DNA of 64,000 bases from an uncultured Dehalococcoidales bacterium (GTDB lineage: Bacteria > Chloroflexota > Dehalococcoidia > GIF9 > UBA5629): assembly GCA_964400675.1 (NCBI GenBank), contig CAYNVO010000004.1, forward strand, positions 77,723-141,722, written 5' to 3'. Below, piece after piece: positions 29,806 through 37,550 of this stretch. The position numbers and the translations under genes are program-made. Position 1 is the stretch's first letter, and each line of letters starts with the position of its first letter. The notes below the pieces were generated by a model. That model was not told the DNA's origin. It saw only the letters and a list, made by a program, of their open reading frames with translations, and did no database searches.

Positions 29806-30882
29806 TCATCTTCTTATGACGTGTATTGCCGTGGCTTTGAAGCTGCCGTAAACTTTCTTGCCGATGTCAATGTCTAGCTCTTCTGCCGATGTCTTTGTTA
29901 TTACACCGAGCAAACCAAAGCCGCAGTCCGCCTCGATTCTCACAAGCTGTCCCACCTGGGTCATTCTTGTTATCTCCCCACGAAACATGTTTCTGGCACT
30001 GGTCTTGCCTTTTGTCGGTGTAAAGGTTATGTCTTCGGGCCTGATGAGTGCATAGACCTCCTCGCCTATCGCACAATCTGAGACAGCCTGGATGGCGCTA
30101 TCGTTCACCTTTATTGTCACCAGACTGCCATCTTTGTCTTCTATGACTCCCTTGAGGATGTTTTCTATGCCGACGAACTGTGCCACCTCCATATTCCTGG
30201 GCATACAGAATATTTCGTTTGGGCTGCCTATCTGCAATATCTCGCCACCTACAAGCACTCCGATTCTGTCGGCAAGGCGTTGCCCCTGGGGCATATCGTG
30301 AGTAGCCATTACCACAGTTGCCCTGTGCTCAAGGATAATGTTGCTCAAGATTTTCTCTACCTGTGATGCCGAGACGGGGTCGAGGTTAGCGGTAGGCTCG
30401 TCTAAAAAGAGTACCTCTGGCTCCGTAACTAATGCTCGTGCAATAGCAACCCGCTGTGTCTCGCCTCCGGAGAGCGTTTTGGCATTTCTGTTCCTGTACT
30501 CGGTCAGATTGACGAGCTCCAGCGCATTATCTGCCTTCTTACGGATAGTATCATTCTCTTCCCGTCTCCATCTGAGACCACAGGCGACGTTGTCGTAGAC
30601 ACTCATGGTGAACACCATGGGCTTTTGCTGCACAAATGACATCCTGCGACGTGTCTCCAGTCTGCTCTTTCCGGAGCGGGTCACATCCACACCCTCGAAA
30701 TAAATTGTGCCTGAAGCGGGCACCTCAAGGAGGTCCAGCAGTCTGAGCAGTGTCGTTTTGCCGGCGCCTGTGGGGCCGATTAGACAGAAAGCCTCACCCC
30801 TGGAGACATTCAGGCTTATGTCTTTTAAGACCTGGCGCCCATCGTATTTTTGTACCAAGCTTACGGTTTCTAGTAACGCCAT
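29806..30882 (-). CDS. tupC: Tungstate ABC transporter ATPase with TOBE domains
   Basis: GPTGAGKT, LSGGETQR, C-terminal TSARN and FKATA TOBE motifs. Confidence 0.85.
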   Translation of the reverse strand: MALLETVSLVQKYDGRQVLKDISLNVSRGEAFCLIGPTGAGKTTLLRLLDLLEVPASGTIYFEGVDVTRSGKSRLETRRRMSFVQQKPMVFTMSVYDNVACGLRWRREENDTIRKKADNALELVNLTEYRNRNAKTLSGGETQRVAIARALVTEPEVLFLDEPTANLDPVSASQVEKILSNIILEHRATVVMATHDMPQGQRLADRIGVLVGGEILQIGSPNEIFCMPRNMEVAQFVGIENILKGVIEDKDGSLVTIKVNDSAIQAVSDCAIGEEVYALIRPEDITFTPTKGKTSARNMFRGEITRMTQVGQLVRIEADCGFGLLGVITKTSAEELDIDIGKKVYGSFKATAIHVIRR

Positions 30883-31575
30883 CTATTGCCACCTCTGCTG
30901 TAGTCTACTGAGAGCGAAGTTAATGATTAGCGCCAGACTGATCAGTATTATTCCGAGCGCGATGGACAGCACGATATCTCCCTTCGACGTCTCCAAAGAA
31001 ATAGCCGTGGTCATTACCCTGGTGTATCCACGTATGTTACCACCTACCATTAAAGCCAGGCCGACTTCTGATATAGCTCTACCAAACCCCATTATTAGAG
31101 CAGAGTAGATGGCATATCTGGCTTCTCTTATGACAATGGTTGTCGCCTGAAATTGACTGGCGCCGATGGCTACTGCGGTTTCATGTGTAGCTTTATCAAC
31201 ACCACTTAAAGCAGCTATCACCAGCCCCAGCATTATCGGCGATATAAGTATTACTTGACCTATTATCATGACTTGAGGTGTGAATAGGAGTTCCAGAAAA
31301 CCCAGTGGTCCGAAGCGGGAGAAAATCAAGAATATGATTAAGCCAACCGCCACCGTGGGCACACTGTAGAAAGTCTGTATCAAGTTTATCAGAGTCCTCT
31401 TGCCATGGAAGTTGTTGAAATGAATCAGGCTGCCAAGAGGTAAGCAAATCAAGCTGGCGATAATGGTTGAGGAAATGGAGATTGCCAGCGTTCTACCGGT
31501 GATCTCCAAAACTTCAGGGTCGAGCGTAACAATAAGTTGGATTGCTTTTAGAAACCCTTCCCATATTGCGGCCAA
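30883..31575 (-). CDS. tupB: Tungstate ABC transporter permease
   Basis: FGRAISEVG..LMVGGNIRG.TRVMTTAI. Confidence 0.9.
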   Translation of the reverse strand: MAAIWEGFLKAIQLIVTLDPEVLEITGRTLAISISSTIIASLICLPLGSLIHFNNFHGKRTLINLIQTFYSVPTVAVGLIIFLIFSRFGPLGFLELLFTPQVMIIGQVILISPIMLGLVIAALSGVDKATHETAVAIGASQFQATTIVIREARYAIYSALIMGFGRAISEVGLALMVGGNIRGYTRVMTTAISLETSKGDIVLSIALGIILISLALIINFALSRLQQRWQ

Positions 31576-31652
31576 TTTATGTTACCACCCTGAATGATTG
31601 TAGAATCAATTTGGCAGGGCTATTACAGCCTTTTCAACTTTCTATAGACCTG

Positions 31653-32618
31653 TTAGGGAACCGGTTTCGTATATTCTTCAAGTGACGGACAACCTTCCAT
31701 ATTGCAGCCACCGTCAGCCAGTGGGAAGAAAAGAGACCTGCCGTATTCAGCTTTACCATAAGTCCCGATTAAATTCTGGATTTCGGGTGAGATGAGCCAG
31801 TTGATGAGCTTATTGGCAATATCGATGTTTGCCACATTTGTCGTATCAGGGTTGACAGCGATAGCTGCATATACGTTGAGGAACACAGGGTCCTCCTCTA
31901 CTATGGGTGCAATGGTTAAGTTAGTTTTCTTTGTATAGGCGAGAAAGGTGGATATGTCGACAAGTACATATGCCTGCTCTTCGTTAGCCATCAGCAGGGT
32001 AGTGCCCATTCCTTTACCAGCTTCTACATACCATTTCCCGGACTTCTCGACATCCTCATACTTATACCCGGCTTTACTCCAGATAATTTTTTCCTTGGAG
32101 TGAGTCCCGGAGTTATCGCCCCTGGAAATAAACTTGACGGTATCCGGGTCTTTCATGCCTGCTTCGTATATCTTCTCGAATGCCTCGGTTGCTGTTGAAC
32201 CTTTAATGCCGGCAGGGTCTCCGGGCGGACCGGCGATAAGGAAGAAATTATAGGCAAAGTTTCTTCGGTTCAGTCCGTAACCTTCGGCAATAAACTTATC
32301 TTCAGCGGCACGGTCATGCACAATAACCGCGTCCACGTCACCTCTCTTGCCATATTCAAGTGCTATTCCCGTGCCCGCATAGATGATATCCATTTCTACA
32401 TCAGCATATTCCTCAAACATGGGCTCCAGATAATACCACAGCCCTGTGTCGTATAGACTGGTCGTGGTAGCGATTTTGAACCTTGTTTCAGGGGCATGCA
32501 GTGGATATTGCGCGGCTGCTTGTTCAGGTTGGGTAGCAGGTGCGCATCCAATCAAAAGTGCAAACAGTACTATTGCTGTGGTAAGTATTCCTAATTTGCT
32601 AAAAAACCTTTTATTCAT
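31653..32618 (-). CDS. tupA: Tungstate-binding lipoprotein
   Basis: ATTTSLYDTGL, GTG.AL...G..GDVD..VH, FISRGDNSGTH; lipobox LIGC. Confidence 0.92.
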   Translation of the reverse strand: MNKRFFSKLGILTTAIVLFALLIGCAPATQPEQAAAQYPLHAPETRFKIATTTSLYDTGLWYYLEPMFEEYADVEMDIIYAGTGIALEYGKRGDVDAVIVHDRAAEDKFIAEGYGLNRRNFAYNFFLIAGPPGDPAGIKGSTATEAFEKIYEAGMKDPDTVKFISRGDNSGTHSKEKIIWSKAGYKYEDVEKSGKWYVEAGKGMGTTLLMANEEQAYVLVDISTFLAYTKKTNLTIAPIVEEDPVFLNVYAAIAVNPDTTNVANIDIANKLINWLISPEIQNLIGTYGKAEYGRSLFFPLADGGCNMEGCPSLEEYTKPVP

Positions 32619-32821
32619 TGGCTATCCTCCTTGTAATTTTTTAATTGGATTTAATGCTTTTAATTAGAAAACTAACAAATTTAAGCGGGATACTGAAATG
32701 TTTAGAGCGGAGAAACGGTCAGGTAAGAAAGCGCAAAAATATGAGCGGATTCTGTCCCAAGAATAAAACGCCGCTGTTATCAGGGCGTTTCTAATGGCAA
32801 ATTTAAATATTTCCAATTCGG

Positions 32822-32918
32822 CTCTCCTTTCCAAACATGGGAGGCGTCACCGTTTCCAGCGGCACCCTACCGGCCGATGCCCCTGGCTATTCCTTTAGGG
32901 CAAAAGGCTCGGAAAGCT
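32822..32918 (-). ncRNA. Moco RNA motif riboswitch, likely the tungsten-cofactor (Tuco) variant
   Basis: Minus strand TTCCGAGC...CCTAA...TAGGGTG..GGAAAC..GCCTCCC.TGTTTGGAAAGGAG in the tupA leader. Confidence 0.85.
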
Positions 32919-33058
32919 ACTATTGAACTTGCGGCATTATAGCACGATGATTTCCAGATTACAATGCTCACTAAGATTTTCCGTTGCACGTGTTTTCTTA
33001 TCACCCCGTGGTAGAGAACAGGCAGTTAAATTTGCAAAAAGTCTAAAGCGCGTCAAGT

Positions 33059-34381
33059 TTGTTTGTCTCTATGCGATTATTGCCAAGAATTAAAGTTAGT
33101 GCTAACATGTCAGCGGCATTAAAGAAGATATTCATGAGCCATAAGCCACCACTAATATCTCCACAGGGCCTTTGGTTCGGCGGGAAAGTGTTGAAGTATT
33201 TTCTCGCTATATTTTTGTCTCTGACAGTTCTGGTGGTAGCTGTTCTGATTTTATTCTACTATCAAGCCACGCCTCTCAGTTCCTCGAACCCTTTCCGGAT
33301 TGTCATTGATGCCGCATCTGCTAGGCTTTTTCTGGCGGCGTTGGCAATCACGCTTATCCCGGGGGCTGTGGGGTCGTGGTTCTTGGCACACATTATTGGC
33401 AGACATGAACTATTAAAGGATCAGATGGAGTTCAATGTCCAGCTTTTCAGTGCCGCCACCGATTCAGTCATGGTTCATGAATTGAATGGCAAATGCATCT
33501 ACGCAAATGATGAGGCTTGCAGGTGTCACGGTTATGAAGAAGAAGAACTGGTGCGGATTAACTTTTATGAGCTTAATGCCCCGGAATATGTCAATACCGT
33601 TGAGGCAAAAATTGAAGAGTTGATGAAAAAAGGCAGGTTAACCTTCGAGTCGACTCATATCCGTAAAGACAACTCTTTGATGCCGGTGGAGGTAAAGAGT
33701 CGCATTATCAAGGCGGGCGGTCGCAAGTTGATACTGAGCGTTATACATGATATCACTGAACGCAGAAGGACAGAAGAAGAGCTAAGGCAAAGCTCGGAGA
33801 GATTACAAAGGGCTATCGAAGGTACCATCAATGCCGTTGCTTTGACAACCGAGTTCAGAGACCCTTATACCGCTGGTCATCAGCACCGCGTGGCTAAGCT
33901 AGCCTGTGTTATCGCCAAGGAACTTGGCCTTACCGAAGAGCAAATCGAAGGGGTACGTGTTGCCGGCACGTTGCACGATATCGGCAAAATATATGTGCCC
34001 GCGGAGATTCTCAGCAGGCCGGGACGACTAAGAAAAAATGAAATCAATCTGGTCAGGGACCACGCTCAGGTGGGCTATGATCTGCTTAATAAGATAGAAT
34101 TTCCTTGGCCTGTTGCCCAGATAGTTTTCCAACACCACGAGAGGATGGATGGCTCTGGATATCCTCTCGGGATTTCCGGCGGCGAAATTCTGGTCGAGGC
34201 GCAGATAATGGGTGTGGCTGACGTCGTTGAAGCTATGGCCTCTCATAGGCCTTACCGTCCGGCTCTAAGCGTGGAAGAGGCCCTTTTAGAAATCTTGCAG
34301 CAAAAAGGCGTTCTCTATTACCCGGAGGTGGTGGATGCTTGCATAAGCCTCTTTACTAAGAAGGGGTTTACCTTCGAGTAA
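33059..34381 (+). CDS. Membrane-anchored PAS + HD-GYP phosphodiesterase (start may be 33107 or 33134)
   Basis: Two TM segments, PAS domain, RDPYTAGH, HDIGK, HHERMDGSGYP. Confidence 0.9.
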   Translation: MFVSMRLLPRIKVSANMSAALKKIFMSHKPPLISPQGLWFGGKVLKYFLAIFLSLTVLVVAVLILFYYQATPLSSSNPFRIVIDAASARLFLAALAITLIPGAVGSWFLAHIIGRHELLKDQMEFNVQLFSAATDSVMVHELNGKCIYANDEACRCHGYEEEELVRINFYELNAPEYVNTVEAKIEELMKKGRLTFESTHIRKDNSLMPVEVKSRIIKAGGRKLILSVIHDITERRRTEEELRQSSERLQRAIEGTINAVALTTEFRDPYTAGHQHRVAKLACVIAKELGLTEEQIEGVRVAGTLHDIGKIYVPAEILSRPGRLRKNEINLVRDHAQVGYDLLNKIEFPWPVAQIVFQHHERMDGSGYPLGISGGEILVEAQIMGVADVVEAMASHRPYRPALSVEEALLEILQQKGVLYYPEVVDACISLFTKKGFTFE

Positions 34382-34475
34382 GTTGCTAAACATAGTACAA
34401 ACCTTTTGACAAAAGAAGTCCTGTCTCTTAATCGTAAGATTATGCTACCATTTGCCTGACTACCAGATATAATAT

Positions 34476-34505
34476 TTGACAAATCAAGCTAAAATGTGCT
34501 ATCAT
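34476..34505 (+). promoter_or_regulatory. Sigma70-like promoter of the orphan ncRNA candidate
   Basis: TTGACA-18 nt-TATCAT with TG extension. Confidence 0.6.
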
Positions 34506-34509
34506 TATT

Positions 34510-34670
34510 AAAGTCCCGAGTGGTCAAGCTTAGACTTGGCAGGATGGAGTTCGGTAGAGGCTGAGAGGTGTGTGGTAGCCGGGCGGGCACAAGCAAGGTA
34601 AGCCGAAACCGAGAGGAGAGATGGAGGGAAAGCCAGGAACGGGTGAGGTTACTCGGGGCTTTTTGTTTTT
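34510..34670 (+). ncRNA. Candidate rod-shaped small RNA (6S-like architecture, GGA-rich)
   Basis: Terminal stem AAAGTCCCGAGTGGTC/GGTTACTCGGGGCTTT plus U tract; nested CTTGGC/GCCAGG and TTCGGT/ACCGAG stems around a purine bubble. Confidence 0.6.
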
Positions 34671-34826
34671 GTTAGAGTGCATGTATGAATAAGGCTTTAA
34701 CTTCACCATCGTTCCTCCAAGCGACCTAGAGGAACCGCCATCAGATTACCAACATAGTTTCCAATCCATCTATGTCTGTGTCTCTTATTGAAACTCACCT
34801 ATGCCGGGTGGTAAAGTAGAGCCATT

Positions 34827-35621
34827 GTGAAGATGCTGGCAATGGAAACCGTTTTCGAAATCACAAATACGACGTTCAGAGAAGCATTATCAAAAAGAGG
34901 CTCCATTTATTTCAACTATATTGACGTCGTTTTCAAGTATCCATGGCTCTGCTTATACAACATAGGTCTCATGTTAAAGGCGAAATTATTTAATCTAGCC
35001 ATAATTCATGTTATAGGTGACAGTCATTTGAAGCCATTTGTTTTTAGGAGCCCTTTTTTGTTACATCACATATCACAGGCGACTGCCTACAACCTGAACA
35101 AAGATGACAGCTTCTCCCAGTCAAAGAGGTACTTGAACTCATTCTTGCCCGGCATAGACAAAGAAAGAGACGTTCTACTTCTGGTTTTCGGCGAAATAGA
35201 CGCTCGGGTGCACATTTATCTTCAGTATAAGAAAAACAATGAAAAGATGAGCATCAATAGAATTATAGAGAAAACCGTGGAGAAATATGGAGAGACTATC
35301 ATAAGATTAAAGGACGATGGATTTACGGTTTGTGTTCATGGCATCCCGCCAGCGGCACGAGAAAACTTTGTGTCAAACTTACCATTCCTCGGTACCCCGG
35401 AAAAACGTGGTGAAATATCCAGAGACTTTAACAAGCAGCTGGGAGAATTTTGTCGGGAGAGAGGCATTCCTTACATAGATGTGCAGTCGATTTCCGCGGA
35501 TGAAAATGGGTTTATGAGGAAGGCATACGCTGCCGATGAAGTACATCTCAATGGAAAAGTCGTCCTTTTTGCGCGCGACAGAATAATCGAAGCATTCAAG
35601 GGCAGCAGGAATTTTAGGTAG
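34827..35621 (+). CDS. SGNH/GDSL-like hydrolase
   Basis: IGDSH, FGEID, DEVH motifs. Confidence 0.65.
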   Translation: MKMLAMETVFEITNTTFREALSKRGSIYFNYIDVVFKYPWLCLYNIGLMLKAKLFNLAIIHVIGDSHLKPFVFRSPFLLHHISQATAYNLNKDDSFSQSKRYLNSFLPGIDKERDVLLLVFGEIDARVHIYLQYKKNNEKMSINRIIEKTVEKYGETIIRLKDDGFTVCVHGIPPAARENFVSNLPFLGTPEKRGEISRDFNKQLGEFCRERGIPYIDVQSISADENGFMRKAYAADEVHLNGKVVLFARDRIIEAFKGSRNFR

Positions 35622-35639
35622 AGCCTTGGGCCAGCACAG

Positions 35640-36494
35640 CTAAAAGGTGGTTACTGCATCCAGCTTGGTCTCCGGATAGATTTGCTCCGGCTTTGGTGGC
35701 ATGGGGCTGTAGGCCCAGTTGATTGAGATGCTGCCACACTGCATGCCGCCTACTCGCTGTATCCCCTGATATATGCCTCTCAGCAGTACATCCTCCATAT
35801 CGAACGACATGCAGAAGAAAGCAACCGTCGCGTTGACGGGTATCGCCTTGATAGCTTCATTGAATACCGAAGCCGAGAAAATTACATGTTCGGTGCCAGA
35901 GGTCTGGGCTTGAATGACAGGGACAATCGTAGGGTAGCCATCCTCGGCGATATAAGCTAGGAATTTCAAATTCGCGATTTTATCTATGAGCTGGCGTGTC
36001 CACACATTGAGAACGTCTTCCCCCCCTCTTTTAGGGGCGAACATTTTTGCCGCCAACGTTTTCAAAGCTGCTTGTACAATGCTGCCCATGGGCAGAGGCT
36101 CTTTGCCGTATTGCTCTAATAGGTCGAAGTAATAAACTGTGTGTATACCAAAATAAGAGTTATATCGGAACATAGGCATATTGTTGAACATGTCGAAATT
36201 CTTGCCGCTTCTTTCTGAGTGTGTAAAACTTGCCTTTCCCCGCCAGGTGTTCTTGTCCAACGTCAGGATGAGAAATCCGACCTTCGGGTTTTTCCTGATG
36301 TTGATTTTGCTTAAGCCCTCGGAGAATTGTCCGAAGACCAGCCCTGTAGGCGAGCTAGCTCGCAGCGTAGAAAGCAAGGTGATGTGTGGTAGACCATCTC
36401 CGTTTGTGGTGGCCAGTAGCCCCACCTTCATCTCCGGTTCGAAGCTCTTTATATCTGATTCGGAAAAAGTTTTATGTACCTCTTTGTTGCTCAT
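35640..36494 (-). CDS. Tandem split-barrel (pyridoxamine 5'-phosphate oxidase-like) protein
   Basis: LATTNGDGLPHIT...NIRKNPKV and a second repeat LAYIAEDGYPTIVP. Confidence 0.7.
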   Translation of the reverse strand: MSNKEVHKTFSESDIKSFEPEMKVGLLATTNGDGLPHITLLSTLRASSPTGLVFGQFSEGLSKINIRKNPKVGFLILTLDKNTWRGKASFTHSERSGKNFDMFNNMPMFRYNSYFGIHTVYYFDLLEQYGKEPLPMGSIVQAALKTLAAKMFAPKRGGEDVLNVWTRQLIDKIANLKFLAYIAEDGYPTIVPVIQAQTSGTEHVIFSASVFNEAIKAIPVNATVAFFCMSFDMEDVLLRGIYQGIQRVGGMQCGSISINWAYSPMPPKPEQIYPETKLDAVTTF

Positions 36495-36506
36495 TTCTGT
36501 CTCCCT

Positions 36507-37535
36507 CTATGAATTTTCCAATTTTGTGGGGCCAGTGGCGAACACAATCTTGGGGTCAATGCCGGACTGCTTGGCATATTGCTCCATCTCGCTAATGTTA
36601 GCTTTGGTCATCAGCGGTGTGCTGGCATATTGCCAGGCAACCCCTAGCCTGCGGTACTTATCCCGGCAGAAATTGTTGAAGGCGCATAGTTCCCACCGGT
36701 GAACGATGCCTGCCAGGTTTTTGGCGATGAAAGCGCCCAGTCCGGTGATGTTATCGCACGTGGCTGTGGCTTCAGGAATCAGCGGAGTCCTGACCCATAA
36801 TACCTTTTCAGGAGCCACATTTAGGATATAATCACGTATATACAGGAGATTTTCGAAAATCCTCTGATTATGCAGTCCGGTGAAGTTGTAATGCTTTTGA
36901 GGTTCTCCTTCTTTTAAATCAAACAGCACGTTGTCGGTGTAGGGCAACACTTTATCGAGAGAGCTGGTGGAGCATACTCCACAGGTATCAATGGCGGTGT
37001 TGATTCCTGCTTCTTTCAAGCTACGGAGTAGTGCGGCAGCAAAATCTGGCTGCATCATAGGTTCTCCGCCGGAAAGTGTGACACCACCTTCGGATTTTTC
37101 AAAATATATCTGGTCTTTAATCAATTCGTTGAAAAGCTCATCTATGCTGGCTGTCTTGCCTAGAAGTTCCATAGCATTTGCCGGACAAGCTTCAGCGCAA
37201 TCACCACAGCCGGTGCAGAGTTCTCGGTTTATAACAATTCCCTGTTCTGTTTTAGTCAGGCACAGTTGGGTGCAAGTTTTGATACATGTACCGCAGCCAA
37301 TGCACCGGTTTTCCAGCCACTGTATTTGGGGCTTCATTGATATGCTTTCAGGGTTGTGGCACCATAGACAGCGTAGTGGGCATCCTTTGAAGAATACGGT
37401 GGTGCGTATGCCAGGGCCGTCTTCTGTCGAAAATCTCTGCAAATGCAGTATCATCCCCTTGAGGTTCTTCTTTGTATCCTCTCGGGTTCTGGCTTTGGTT
37501 ATCACGTGGTCATCAGGCACGGCGTTTGCACACAT
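36507..37535 (-). CDS. Glycyl-radical enzyme activating protein with ferredoxin insert
   Basis: DGPGIRTTVFFKGCPLRCLWCHNPE, two CxxCxxCxxxC, GGVTLSGGEP. Confidence 0.93.
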   Translation of the reverse strand: MCANAVPDDHVITKARTREDTKKNLKGMILHLQRFSTEDGPGIRTTVFFKGCPLRCLWCHNPESISMKPQIQWLENRCIGCGTCIKTCTQLCLTKTEQGIVINRELCTGCGDCAEACPANAMELLGKTASIDELFNELIKDQIYFEKSEGGVTLSGGEPMMQPDFAAALLRSLKEAGINTAIDTCGVCSTSSLDKVLPYTDNVLFDLKEGEPQKHYNFTGLHNQRIFENLLYIRDYILNVAPEKVLWVRTPLIPEATATCDNITGLGAFIAKNLAGIVHRWELCAFNNFCRDKYRRLGVAWQYASTPLMTKANISEMEQYAKQSGIDPKIVFATGPTKLENS

Positions 37536-37550
37536 GTTTAAGTAGCTTTA

